Assembly (NCBI GenBank): GCA_031375485.1
Contig: JANMHX010000025.1
Span: 35,360 to 99,359, forward strand
Length of the DNA: 64,000 nucleotides
DNA from: Gemmatimonadota bacterium
GTDB lineage: Bacteria > Gemmatimonadota > Gemmatimonadetes > Gemmatimonadales > GWC2-71-9
Direction: 5' to 3'
Shown here: positions 38,280-47,922 of the stretch, piece after piece
Layout: every line of letters begins with the position of its first letter
Numbering within the stretch: the stretch's first letter is position 1
Translations under genes and position numbers: made by a program
Notes under the pieces: model-generated
Database searches by the model: none
The model's input: the letters and a program-made list of their open reading frames with translations, nothing else
What the model was told of the DNA's origin: nothing

Positions 38280-38522
38280 GTGGCGGCTTCGGTTTCTCGT
38301 CGGCAGGTGGTTGGGGTGATGGCGTTATCGGCGTTGGCGGGTCAGCGAGTTCAGGCTCAGCAACCTCACATGCAGGCGGCCAAGGACAACCTCCAAGAGG
38401 CTTTGCGGCATCTTGAGCAGGCGACGAGCGACAAAGGCGGGCACCGGGTTGCCGCGATCAAGGCGGCCAAGGATGCCCTCGATCACGTCGAGAAGGGCAT
38501 CCGGTTCGACCGGCGGAACTAG
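38280..38522 (+). CDS. Small exported protein (Tat-like signal), unknown function
   Basis: The GTG at 38280 lies 6 nt after a perfect AGGAGG. The N-terminus (M)AASVSRRQVVGVMALSALAGQRVQA has a twin-arginine motif. The mature helical part contains KGGHRVAAIKAAKDAL. Confidence 0.55.
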   Translation: MAASVSRRQVVGVMALSALAGQRVQAQQPHMQAAKDNLQEALRHLEQATSDKGGHRVAAIKAAKDALDHVEKGIRFDRRN

Positions 38523-38525
38523 CGG

Positions 38526-40136
38526 CTAGTTCCGATCGGGAAAGGCCGCCATCGGGAGCCGGGTAATGCCGCGCTCCCGTTTTTGCTTGGCCACCATCTT
38601 CGCCACGTCGTCGAGTAACCGTTTGGCGTCGTAGACGATGCCGTCTTTGATGGTGTACTTGATGCCGCCCACCCGTTCGACTTTGCCGGTCTTGTCGTTC
38701 AACCGGACGAACCCGGAGCCGTAGAGCACTTTCAGGTTGGCGATCGGGTTCTCCGGCACCACGACGAGATCGGCGAGCATCCCGGGACGAATGACCCCGA
38801 AGTCCGGGGCCCGGCCGAGCGGGCGGGTCAGGGTTTCGGCGGCGTGCAGGGTGGCCGCGCGAATCACCTCGAGGGGGTGAAACCCGGCTTCCTGCAACAG
38901 TTCCATTTCCTGAATCGTCGAGAAACCGTAGGTGTTGTAGATGAACCCGGCATCCGAACTCGCCGTGACCCGCCCGCCCATATTCTTGTAATCGTTGAGC
39001 AGTTCGAACCACACCCGATAGAAATTCCGCCAGGCCACCTCGTCCCACGTGGTCCAGTTATAGAAGTAGGCCCCGTGGTTGACGCGGTTCGGGGTATAGA
39101 AATCCCAGAGCGATGGCAGGGTATAGGTCTCGTGCCAGTCGGCATTCCGTCTGGCCATCAAGTCGCGACCCGACAGGTAGGCCGTCATCGTGGGGTCGAG
39201 CGTCACGTCGTGGGCCTTGAGGGTATTGAGCAGGGCCCACCATTTCTCGCCCTTGGGCTTGACCAAGCTCCATTGCCTGGCCACTTGTCCGAAGCGCCAT
39301 TGCTCGTCGTTGTAGTTGTAGCCCTCGGGATACGGCTGCACGTCGGCGTTTTCGTACATCGCTTCGAACAAACCGTAGAAGTGGGTCACCGTGCCGAGCC
39401 CGAGCTTGGCCGCATCCAAGGCGTTGACCTGGTTCACGCCGGTTTGAGCCAGATGGGCCACCGTTCCCATGCCGTTCTTCGCCGCTTCGTCGGTGAGGGC
39501 GCCGAAGATCTCCGGGCGGTAGGACGTCAGCTTCAGCCCGTCGACTCCGCGTTGCTTGGCCTCCCGAACCCAGGCCCGCGCCTGGTCGCCGGTCTGGAAC
39601 GCCGAGGAAAAATCCCAGACGCCTTTGGGAACTTCGTACACCCACATCCGCGGGGCGGTGATTTCATTCTTGGCGCTCCGGGCTTTCTCACTCAGCTGCC
39701 AGGCATCCGCTCCGAACGGCACCCCTCGACCGCTGGTAATCCCGTGGGCCATCCACAGCTTGTAGGCATACTCGGCCTCGGGCGCCTTGGTCCCGTCCTC
39801 GATATGGAGGTGGAGGTCGACGAGGCCCGGCATGACGAACATGCCCTGCACATCGATCTCCTTGGCGGCTCCCGTGGGCCGGCCCTTGGGATCGATCGGC
39901 ACATTCGGAAAACCCACGTCAACGACCTGGGTGATTCGGTTGTTCTCGATCACGATGTCGACCGGACCGCGCATCGGGCCGCCGGTGCCGTCAATCAGAT
40001 TGGCTCCCCGCAGGATGAGTTTGGCCCACGGCCCCTCGCCTTCGGCGCGGGCGGGGGCGGGTTTGGCCGATGGCTGGGCAACGAGCGTGACGGGCGCGAC
40101 AAGCGCCAAGGCGAGGACGAGCGCAGTGGGTGACAT
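38526..40136 (-). CDS. Amidohydrolase family protein, exported
   Basis: Signal peptide MSPTALVLALALVAPVTLVAQ. The HxH metal motif is LVDLHLHI, with a C-terminal SDAGF motif. Confidence 0.85.
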   Translation of the reverse strand: MSPTALVLALALVAPVTLVAQPSAKPAPARAEGEGPWAKLILRGANLIDGTGGPMRGPVDIVIENNRITQVVDVGFPNVPIDPKGRPTGAAKEIDVQGMFVMPGLVDLHLHIEDGTKAPEAEYAYKLWMAHGITSGRGVPFGADAWQLSEKARSAKNEITAPRMWVYEVPKGVWDFSSAFQTGDQARAWVREAKQRGVDGLKLTSYRPEIFGALTDEAAKNGMGTVAHLAQTGVNQVNALDAAKLGLGTVTHFYGLFEAMYENADVQPYPEGYNYNDEQWRFGQVARQWSLVKPKGEKWWALLNTLKAHDVTLDPTMTAYLSGRDLMARRNADWHETYTLPSLWDFYTPNRVNHGAYFYNWTTWDEVAWRNFYRVWFELLNDYKNMGGRVTASSDAGFIYNTYGFSTIQEMELLQEAGFHPLEVIRAATLHAAETLTRPLGRAPDFGVIRPGMLADLVVVPENPIANLKVLYGSGFVRLNDKTGKVERVGGIKYTIKDGIVYDAKRLLDDVAKMVAKQKRERGITRLPMAAFPDRN

Positions 40137-40219
40137 GGGTGCAAGCTACGACGCGGCGCCCCACTTGGGGAGGGCCGCGCGACACCGTATTCTTCACGCT
40201 CACCCGAAGGAGCGCTGCC

Positions 40220-41257
40220 ATGGCACCGAAATCGATGTTGATCTTGGGCGGAACCGGATTCATCGGCCCGAACACCGTCAAATACGCCGTGGCTCGCGGA
40301 CACCGAGTCACCATTCTGACCCGCGGGCGGAGCCAGACGAAAGTCGCCGACGTCGAGCACCTGATCGGCGACCGGGACAACGATCTGAGCGCCTTGGCCA
40401 AACGGAAATGGGACGTGGTGCTCGACAACAACGCCCGGGATTACCGGTGGGTGGACCGGAGCTTGAAGGCCCTCAAGGACGCGACCGGCCACTACCTGTT
40501 CGTCTCCTCGATCTCGGCATACAAGACCGACTCGATGGGTTATCGGTTCAAAGACCGGGTGTTGCCCAAGCCGATCATCGACGAAGACTCCGAACGATTT
40601 ACGCCGCCGGCCACTTGGAAGGAGGGCGACACCGCCCCCTACGGTTTGACCAAGGCGCTCTCCGAAAATCTCTGCCACGCGGCCTTCCCGGGCCGGACCA
40701 CGATCGTTCGGCCGGGCCTGATCGTCGGCCCGACCGATCCGACCGATCGGTTCACGTATTGGCCGGTGCGAATCGACGAAGGCGGCGAGGTACTCGCCCC
40801 CGGCAATCCGAACCACGCTGCGCAAGTCATCGACCAGCGTGACTTGACCGAGTGGATCGTCCGGCTCGCCGAGAATGGGACGATGGGCAACTTCAACGCC
40901 ACCGGTCCAACGGGCCGGATGTCGATCGCCGAGATGTTGTACGGCATCCGGGCCGTCACGGCGGCCCCGGTCAGCTTCACCTGGGTTTCCGAGAGTTTCC
41001 TCGAGGAGCAAAAGGTGGCACCCTGGAGCGATATCCCAGCGTGGTCTCCGGGCGAACCGCTGATGTACGTCAACGTGTCGCGAGCCGTCGCCGCCGGACT
41101 CACCTTCCGTCCGTTAGCCGTCACCGCCCGCGACACGATCGAGTGGGACAAGACCCGTCCCTCCGCCGAGCGAGAGAAACGAGCCGCCGGGATGAGCCGA
41201 ACCCGCGAGAAGGAGCTGCTCGGCACTTGGCACTCGGCACTCGGCACTCGGCGCTAG
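40220..41257 (+). CDS. NAD-dependent epimerase/dehydratase (extended SDR) family protein
   Basis: ATG at 40220 is preceded by GAAGGAG. The Rossmann motif is ILGGTGFIGPN. The last 12 codons are encoded by heptamer repeat copy 3. Confidence 0.85.
   Translation: MAPKSMLILGGTGFIGPNTVKYAVARGHRVTILTRGRSQTKVADVEHLIGDRDNDLSALAKRKWDVVLDNNARDYRWVDRSLKALKDATGHYLFVSSISAYKTDSMGYRFKDRVLPKPIIDEDSERFTPPATWKEGDTAPYGLTKALSENLCHAAFPGRTTIVRPGLIVGPTDPTDRFTYWPVRIDEGGEVLAPGNPNHAAQVIDQRDLTEWIVRLAENGTMGNFNATGPTGRMSIAEMLYGIRAVTAAPVSFTWVSESFLEEQKVAPWSDIPAWSPGEPLMYVNVSRAVAAGLTFRPLAVTARDTIEWDKTRPSAEREKRAAGMSRTREKELLGTWHSALGTRR
41219..41253 (+). repeat. 35-bp heptamer tandem repeat, copy 3 (CTCGGCA CTTGGCA CTCGGCA CTCGGCA CTCGGCG)
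   Basis: Read directly from the sequence. It forms the 3' end of the SDR CDS and ends 1 nt before the interlocked stop codons of two convergent genes. Confidence 0.85.
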
Positions 41258-42459
41258 CGGAGCAGTCGAAAGCGTCGGACGTGAGGGGCGTCGTCGGAGT
41301 CGAGCCAGGTTCCGAGAATCTGATTGGGGCCGATCCAAGTGGGCTCGAAACCGGCCGGTAGGTCGACCGACGTAAGCCAGGCGCCTTCCCGGTCGAAGAT
41401 GGTCCACCGGCCGGGGCGGGTTCGCTGGGACGGCCCGAGGTAGTCCCGAAACCAGAGTTCTCCGTTGGGGCCGGGCACGACCCGGTCGAAGGCCGGCTTG
41501 GTCTCGGGAATCGGCGCCATGCTGAGGAAACTCCGGTAGCGGGCCCGGGCATCCTCGCTAGGCAGTTCGGCCATCTCGAGGTGGGCGGCGAGGTCGGCCG
41601 CGGTCACCGGCTCAGGCTGGTAATCCCGGCTAATCCGGCGCACCAGGCGGCCGGACCCGCTATAGAGGTCGAACCCGTACTGGTCGGTGGGAGCGACCCC
41701 GATCAGGGTGTCCGAGATCCCGAACCAGGATGAACGGCCGAACGGCACGGCGGCGATGTTCACCGAGACCACCTTGCCGCCCTGGGTTTCGACCCGACTC
41801 ACAAGTTGGGTGCCGGGGAACCGGCCGACCTCTGTCACCGACCCATCGGCGCCGACGATCTTGAGGTCGGCGGAGTCACGAACCAGGCCGGAGCTCGTGG
41901 GTTCCCGGCCCGACCGTGCGGGGCTGACCACGATTCGGCCCCCCGGCAAAGCTCCAAGCACGACATTGGCCAAAGTCCCTTGGCCGAGTTCGATCATGCC
42001 GCTGCGGACGATCTTTCCGGTTGACGCGAGGACCGAAAGGCGGCGGGTGCCGCGATCGAACACCAGTAACGAATCACCGGCGCCCACCGTGAGTGAGGCA
42101 ATCTGCTCGAACTCACCCGGCCCCGACCCTTTCCGCCCCACGCTCTGGAGCCGATTGCCCATGCCGTCATAGAACCGAATTTCGCTGGTCCCCTGATTGG
42201 CGACCGCGATCCGCCCGTCCCGAAGCTCGAGTGCGATCACGGTGCCGCTGAACTCATCCGCCGAGTCACCAGTTCCCCCGAGATCCAATCGCGGCACCGA
42301 GTCGACGACATACCACCCCGGCGCGCTCGGCACGGCCGACGTGACGATCGCGATCCCCGCGCTATCCCGCCGGACTGTGCCCGGGGGCGACGACGACGGA
42401 GCATCCCCGCACGCCGACAACCCAACCAGGGCGCCAGCCAGCCACCAGAGCGCTTTCAT
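41254..42459 (-). CDS. Six-bladed beta-propeller (NHL/TolB-like) lipoprotein
   Basis: Internal ATG at 42459 gives MKALWWLAGALVGLSAC, which contains a lipobox. Repeated blade-like segments with GSGPGEF-type motifs are present. Confidence 0.75.
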   Translation of the reverse strand: MKALWWLAGALVGLSACGDAPSSSPPGTVRRDSAGIAIVTSAVPSAPGWYVVDSVPRLDLGGTGDSADEFSGTVIALELRDGRIAVANQGTSEIRFYDGMGNRLQSVGRKGSGPGEFEQIASLTVGAGDSLLVFDRGTRRLSVLASTGKIVRSGMIELGQGTLANVVLGALPGGRIVVSPARSGREPTSSGLVRDSADLKIVGADGSVTEVGRFPGTQLVSRVETQGGKVVSVNIAAVPFGRSSWFGISDTLIGVAPTDQYGFDLYSGSGRLVRRISRDYQPEPVTAADLAAHLEMAELPSEDARARYRSFLSMAPIPETKPAFDRVVPGPNGELWFRDYLGPSQRTRPGRWTIFDREGAWLTSVDLPAGFEPTWIGPNQILGTWLDSDDAPHVRRFRLLR

Positions 42460-42595
42460 GCCGGATAGTACGAACCCCCCAGGCCTCCGGGCAACCAATT
42501 CCTGCACGAGGGGCTCAATCCCGCCATCCCTGTGGGGGGCGCTGGCGCTCCTCGCGGAACGGAGGCATCTTTAGGAACGTGCCTTCCCTTCACCA

Positions 42596-43528
42596 GTGAC
42601 CCGGATACCGATGGCGGAAATCAGCCGCCCACGGGGCTGGCTCAAACATCTCGCACCGCTCGACGTACTCACCATGGTCTATGTGGTGAGTTCTTTTCTG
42701 ATCGTCACGGTTCAAGCCGCCGGTGCCCACAGCCTGCGGCTTTCCGGCATGATGCTCGGGTCGCTGGTGCTAGCCCACGTCCTGCTGTTGGCGTTGGTCC
42801 TGTTGGCGGCGGAAGCCCGGCAACGCCGAACCTGTTCAACCCCCTGCCTGTTGGCGGAGTGGTATCCGTTGGTCGTACTCCTCGCGGTCTATGGCTCGCT
42901 GGATATCATCAACGGGCCCCGGGAAGCCGCCGCGATGTCCTATGATTCCGTCGTTCAGCGATGGGAACTGGTCACCTTTGGGCGTCAACTCGCCCATGAC
43001 TGGAGTCGGTCCCGGAACGGCAGTGCCATGGCCACCTGGCCGCTTTCGATGGCGTACCTCGCGTTCTTTCCGATGGTGATCTCGGCGCCGGCGGTACTCT
43101 GGTGGCGGGGACATTTCGAACGGGCTCGTCAAACCATCTTCGGCATTTCGTTGGCATTCTTCACCTGCTATCTCGTCTTCCTGCTCTTTCCAGTTGCCGG
43201 ACCGAACTACCTGTGGGGCTGGCCGGCGGTCGGCGGCCAGGCCAACCTCCCCGCCCAGCTCGTGCGCGACCTCATTGACCGGGGCGACTCCTGGGGCTCG
43301 GCGTTTCCCTCGAGCCACGTCGCCGGCTCGATGGCGGCCGTGCTCCTGGCATTCCGGAACTGGCGCCCCCTCGGCTGGACCCTGCTCCCGTTTGCCCTCG
43401 GCATTATCGTCGGCGTGGTCTACTTCCAGGTTCACTATGCCGTGGATGCGGTGGCCGGCCTGACCATCGCCGTGCTGGCGACGATCGCCTCCTCCCGCCT
43501 TTGCCCCTTGGCTCGCAACGCCACATGA
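42596..43528 (+). CDS. PAP2 superfamily phosphatase (membrane)
   Basis: The FPSSHVAGS (PSGH-like) and HYAVDAVAG (HxxxD) motifs are present with multiple TM helices. The start is GTG. Confidence 0.8.
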   Translation: MTRIPMAEISRPRGWLKHLAPLDVLTMVYVVSSFLIVTVQAAGAHSLRLSGMMLGSLVLAHVLLLALVLLAAEARQRRTCSTPCLLAEWYPLVVLLAVYGSLDIINGPREAAAMSYDSVVQRWELVTFGRQLAHDWSRSRNGSAMATWPLSMAYLAFFPMVISAPAVLWWRGHFERARQTIFGISLAFFTCYLVFLLFPVAGPNYLWGWPAVGGQANLPAQLVRDLIDRGDSWGSAFPSSHVAGSMAAVLLAFRNWRPLGWTLLPFALGIIVGVVYFQVHYAVDAVAGLTIAVLATIASSRLCPLARNAT

Positions 43529-44520
43529 GCCGGACCTTCCGCCTCCTTGCGATCCTGGCGGGAGTGACGGTGCTGGTCCTACTGGTGCGGCAGGTGGGGC
43601 TCGAGGCCCTGTGGGCGGGGTCCCGCGCCGTCGGGTGGTTGTTGATTCCGATTCTTCTCCTCCACGCCGCCGTGTATGGCCTCAACGCGATCGCGTGGTG
43701 GATCACCCTGGCGCACGAGCCGAACTGCCCCCCCTTTCTGAGCGTGTTCCGGATCTCCGTGGTCGGCTTCGCCATCAATTTCATCACCCCGGTGGTCAAT
43801 GCCGGAGGTGAACCGTACCGGGCCGCCGCCCTGGCGGCCTGGCTCGGCACCCGCCGCGCGGCCGGATCGGTGCTTCAGTACGCGCTGCTCCATGCCATCA
43901 GCTCGCTCTTGATGTGGTTGACGGCGATCGGGTTCGCGCTCTGGGTCGGCCAGATCAGCGGCGAAGTGAGGCTGGCCTTGGCCGGGGCTTGGGCGCTGAT
44001 TGCCGTTGCGCTCCTGGTCGTCCTCACCGGGCACCGCCACGGCTTCGTCGCCAAACTCACGACCGGACTGGCGCGGCTTCGCCTCGGCCGTTTCTCACGG
44101 TGGCTGGCCGCCCGCGAGGCGGCATTCGCGGCGGTCGATGCCCAGGTCACTGCTCTGCATCGGGAGCGGCCCGGGCGCTTGGCGCTCGCGATCTTGGTGG
44201 ACTACGTGTCTCGCTGGGTGGCGGCCGCCGAGCTGCTCTTGGTGGCCTACGGGTTGGGTGTAGCCGTCAGCGTCCCGGCGGCCGCGATGATCTCCGGCCT
44301 GTCGGCCCTCGCGGTCAACCTGTTCTTCATGCTGCCATGGGAGCTCGGGTCCCGCGAGGGATCGCTGTATTTGTTCTTTGCCATGGCCGGCGTACCCGCC
44401 TCCGTTGGACTGGTGGCCGCGATGGCCACCCGGCTCCGGGAGTTCTTCTGGTGCGGGCTCGGACTGGCGCTCGCCGGGCGATCGAACAACCCAAACCCCG
44501 CGCCACCTGCGTCCACCTGA
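43525..44520 (+). CDS. Lysylphosphatidylglycerol-synthase TM-region / flippase-like (UPF0104) membrane protein
   Basis: ATG at 43525 forms an ATGA overlap with the PAP2 stop. The N-terminus is MSRTFRLLAILAGVTVLVLLVRQVG, followed by about 8 TM helices. Confidence 0.75.
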   Translation: MSRTFRLLAILAGVTVLVLLVRQVGLEALWAGSRAVGWLLIPILLLHAAVYGLNAIAWWITLAHEPNCPPFLSVFRISVVGFAINFITPVVNAGGEPYRAAALAAWLGTRRAAGSVLQYALLHAISSLLMWLTAIGFALWVGQISGEVRLALAGAWALIAVALLVVLTGHRHGFVAKLTTGLARLRLGRFSRWLAAREAAFAAVDAQVTALHRERPGRLALAILVDYVSRWVAAAELLLVAYGLGVAVSVPAAAMISGLSALAVNLFFMLPWELGSREGSLYLFFAMAGVPASVGLVAAMATRLREFFWCGLGLALAGRSNNPNPAPPAST

Positions 44521-44524
44521 CCGG

Positions 44525-45487
44525 TCAGCCCCGCCGCGGCTCCGGCGGACCCGCGACCGATTCGAAATACTCAGCCATTCGTTTCCGAACCGACTCATCA
44601 GGCAATCGCCCCATGGCGGCCCCCATGTTGTCGCGCAGGTTGGCCGGCTTACTGGTACTCGGGATCGCCGCGGTCACCGCCGGATGGCCGATGACGAACT
44701 TGAGGAAGAATTGCGCCCAACTGGCGACGTCGATGTCCTTGGCCCACTCCGGCAAGGGCTTCCCGGCCACCCGGGGGAACAGCGCCGCGCGCCCGAACGG
44801 CAGCGCCACCAACACCCCGATCTTCCGCTGCAAGGCCAGCGGCAAGATCACCTCCTCGACATTGCGATTGGCGATCGAGTAATCGATCTCGATGAAGTCG
44901 AGCGGCACGTTCCGCATGATCGACTCAAGCTCGCCGTACTGACTGTCGCTCGTCGTGGTCACCCCCAGGTATCGAATCCGCCCCTGCTGCTTGAGTTCCT
45001 TCAGCACGCCGAGTTGGGTCGGCACGTCACCGAGGTTGTGGACCTGAATGAGATCGATCTTGGATTTCTTGATCCGGGCAAACGAGGTCTCGATTTGGGC
45101 CAGGGCCGCCGCCCGGTCGGCCGATCCGCCGCGGCTTGCCACGTTGACCTTGGTGGCCCAGAACACTTGGTTGGCGACACCGAGCTCCTGGACGATGCCC
45201 CCGGCGACCTCCTCGGAGGCGCCGTAACTCGGTGCGGTGTCGAACACCGTGCCACCGAGATCGACCATCGTCTTCATCACCTCCCGAATCGCCGAGACGT
45301 CCTCGCTCCGGGCCACTTGAGAAAACGTGGCCGAGCTGCCGAGGCCGACCACGGGAATCGCTTCGCCGGAGGACGGGATCGGACGGGTAATCAGCTTCTT
45401 GCCTTGGGCTACCAACACCCGGAGGTCAACGGCGAGGGCGGCCGCAACCCCAGCGGTCAAGCCAATCCACTCACGACGACTTGGCAT
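44525..45487 (-). CDS. Aldo/keto reductase with Tat signal
   Basis: ATG at 45487 gives MPSRREWIGLTAGVAAALA, which carries a twin-arginine motif. The AKR body contains FDTAPSYG and IDLIQVHN. ATG 45499 is an alternative start. Confidence 0.85.
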   Translation of the reverse strand: MPSRREWIGLTAGVAAALAVDLRVLVAQGKKLITRPIPSSGEAIPVVGLGSSATFSQVARSEDVSAIREVMKTMVDLGGTVFDTAPSYGASEEVAGGIVQELGVANQVFWATKVNVASRGGSADRAAALAQIETSFARIKKSKIDLIQVHNLGDVPTQLGVLKELKQQGRIRYLGVTTTSDSQYGELESIMRNVPLDFIEIDYSIANRNVEEVILPLALQRKIGVLVALPFGRAALFPRVAGKPLPEWAKDIDVASWAQFFLKFVIGHPAVTAAIPSTSKPANLRDNMGAAMGRLPDESVRKRMAEYFESVAGPPEPRRG

Positions 45488-45559
45488 CAGGATCTCCATC
45501 AGAGGTCTGAAAAGGTACCGGAATCCTGGAGGCCACGGCAACACGGCACATCGGGTCCG

Positions 45560-46672
45560 TCAGACCCACGAGGGCAGGCGTCCGAGTCCCGTCGCCCCGA
45601 GGAATCGGGACATCCGCTCGAGTTCCGCTTGAATCGCCGTTCGTAAGTCCGGCTCGATCATTCGCTCGGTCACAAAACCGATGTCGGCATCGAGGACGCC
45701 CTCGCGCACCGAGAGGTTACCCCACCCGATGACCTCGTCCCGCCACAAGAGCGGCAACGCGTAGTATCCGAGTTTTCGTTTCGGGGCCGGGGTATAGGCC
45801 TCGAACCGGTAGGCCCAGCCCCAGAACAGCTCAAACCGCCGGCGGTCCCACACCACCGGATCGAACGGGGCGAGGAACCGGGCCTCGTCGAACCGGGCAT
45901 CGGGTTTTCTCGGCACTGACTCGTCCGCGGGCCAAAACCAATCGATGCCGTCGATCCTGGCCCGGGCCAGCCGAGCCTTGGCCCGCAGGAGGGCCCCCTT
46001 CCGCTCGGCTCCGAGTTGCGGGGCGCCGAACCGGAGCCGGTTCACCAGCCCACTCAGACTCGCCGCCGGCAACGGAGCGTACTGCTTGACGACCACATCC
46101 ACCAACGCGTCCATTGCCCGTCGGCGGGACTCGGCGTCGGTCGGCCGGACCGGATGCGTATGGGCGGCATAGATCCGGATCCCGCTCTCCCGCCGCACCA
46201 CCCGAAGCAACCCCTGATAGTGCAGGTTGTTGAGGAGATGCGACGTGGCATTCGAAGAGCCGCCCCAATGATTGGTGACCCGGCCGTGACCGAAATGTTC
46301 GTCGACCACGCGGGGATGCACCGGTCCATGTTCCTGGACGAAGTCCAACAACGCGCGGCTTCGTTTCTTGGTGCTGACCCGCCAGGCTGCTGGAGCTACC
46401 CGCGGGTGCATCAGGGCCTGCGAGGCGCGAGGCAGGAAGCCGTAGTTGACGAAAAAATCTTCTTCGATATCGAGTTTGGCGTAGCGGCGCTCGAGATCGC
46501 CGGCGGTATAACCGGCTACCCGGTGGCGGAGCGTCAGGTCTTGAGCCCGGGCCGGCGCCCGAATCGGATCGGCTTGCACGAAGCCAAGTTTCGTAATGGC
46601 CCGGCCGAGTGTGGTGGGCGGAAACAACGAGCGGGCCACGGCGTAACGCCGAAGCCGGGCGAGCGCTGTCAC
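45560..46672 (-). CDS. YcaQ-like winged-helix DNA glycosylase (HTH_42 family)
   Basis: The N-terminus LGFVQADPIRAPARAQDLTLRHR carries a Q-x-D motif like that of E. coli YcaQ. The C-terminus YYALPLLW is typical. The GTG start overlaps the upstream stop (GTGA). Confidence 0.8.
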   Translation of the reverse strand: MTALARLRRYAVARSLFPPTTLGRAITKLGFVQADPIRAPARAQDLTLRHRVAGYTAGDLERRYAKLDIEEDFFVNYGFLPRASQALMHPRVAPAAWRVSTKKRSRALLDFVQEHGPVHPRVVDEHFGHGRVTNHWGGSSNATSHLLNNLHYQGLLRVVRRESGIRIYAAHTHPVRPTDAESRRRAMDALVDVVVKQYAPLPAASLSGLVNRLRFGAPQLGAERKGALLRAKARLARARIDGIDWFWPADESVPRKPDARFDEARFLAPFDPVVWDRRRFELFWGWAYRFEAYTPAPKRKLGYYALPLLWRDEVIGWGNLSVREGVLDADIGFVTERMIEPDLRTAIQAELERMSRFLGATGLGRLPSWV

Positions 46673-47922
46673 GACCGGCGAAGGACGAAGCTCCGATCAA
46701 TCTCCGCGATCGATCGGGTCCCGCTCTGGCGCATGATGGCCTTGAGTTCACGACGAAACAGTTCGAGCACCATTTCGACGCCCGGTTGGCCAAAGGCGCC
46801 CAAGCCCCAGAGATACGGCCGGCCGATCCCGACACCGCGGGCGCCGAGGGCCAGGGCCTTGAACACATCAGTGCCGCGCCGGAACCCGCCGTCGACCAAA
46901 ACCGGCATCCGGCCACCGACCCCCTCGAGGACTTCCGGCAACGCTTCGATGGTCGACCGATTCGCGTCTTCGGCTCGGCCGCCGTGATTCGACACGACGA
47001 TGGCGTCGATCCCGTGGCGGACGGCCAGGGCCGCGTCTTCTTTGGTGAGGATCCCCTTGAGGATCAGCTTCATCCGGCTCATGTCCCGGATCCGCTTGAT
47101 GGATTCCCACGTCAGCACCGGGGGGTGGAGCGCCGTCACCCGGCTCAAGTCGAGCCCGGAGAACATCGGCTTCCGGCGCATCCGGTTGGCGTAGCGGTCG
47201 CTATCGTGGCAGGCGGTGCACTGCCGGGTATCGGCCCGGGCGCCCCGGACCTCCGTCTCCCGGTTGCTGCCCTCTTTGAGATCCACCGTCACCATCAGGG
47301 CCGGCGACCCCGCCCGCTCGGCGCGTTGGACCATGGCCCGGGCCACGTCCCAGTCATTGGTTGGGTAGAGCTGAAACCAGACCGGCGCCCCGCGGGCTTC
47401 AGTGACCTCTTCGATGGAGCTGGTGGCCACCGTGGAGAGCACCAGATGGTAGCCCTTGGCCAAAGCCGCGCGCGCCACGGCCATTTCGCCGTCGGGATGG
47501 AACGCCTTGCCGCTGCTCGTTGGCGAGAGGAAGATCGGGGTGTCCCAAGCCGCGCCGAGCACCCGGGTAGTGGTGTCGATCACACTGACGTCCCGGAGCC
47601 GGCGGGGGCGCAAGGCAAACCGGCTGAAGCCTTCGCGATTGGCGCGGACGGTGCCATCGGAATCAACCCCCGTGGCGAGGTACGCCCAGTGCGCCGGTGG
47701 GATGGCATTTCGGGCCACCGGCTCGAAGTCCATCACGTTGAGCGCCTGCTCGGGCGCCGTGATCAGCGCGGGCTCCTGAAACACCGAGTCGAGGGCGCGC
47801 TCCGGATCACGGCCGAGGAAGATCCGGCGGAGACCATTGGTCGAAAGCCCCGCGGGCAGTAACGGGCTCGCGGCGAGGAATCGGAGGAATTGGCGGCGGT
47901 TGGCCGTCACGCCCTCGGTCAT
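46669..47922 (-). CDS. FMN-dependent alpha-hydroxy acid oxidase/dehydrogenase with Tat signal
   Basis: The N-terminus ANRRQFLRFLAASPLL is Tat-like. Family motifs VVSNHGGR and DGGFRRGTDVFKALALGA are present. It has an ATGA overlap with the upstream gene. Confidence 0.85.
   Translation of the reverse strand: MTEGVTANRRQFLRFLAASPLLPAGLSTNGLRRIFLGRDPERALDSVFQEPALITAPEQALNVMDFEPVARNAIPPAHWAYLATGVDSDGTVRANREGFSRFALRPRRLRDVSVIDTTTRVLGAAWDTPIFLSPTSSGKAFHPDGEMAVARAALAKGYHLVLSTVATSSIEEVTEARGAPVWFQLYPTNDWDVARAMVQRAERAGSPALMVTVDLKEGSNRETEVRGARADTRQCTACHDSDRYANRMRRKPMFSGLDLSRVTALHPPVLTWESIKRIRDMSRMKLILKGILTKEDAALAVRHGIDAIVVSNHGGRAEDANRSTIEALPEVLEGVGGRMPVLVDGGFRRGTDVFKALALGARGVGIGRPYLWGLGAFGQPGVEMVLELFRRELKAIMRQSGTRSIAEIDRSFVLRRS

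Noticed and set aside
45831-46916. Same-strand alternative-frame ORFs: 361 aa here, plus 52117..53232, 57512..58900 and 3238..4122.
   Set aside because: They overlap real genes out of frame, and their translations are Arg/Pro/Gly runs without domains.
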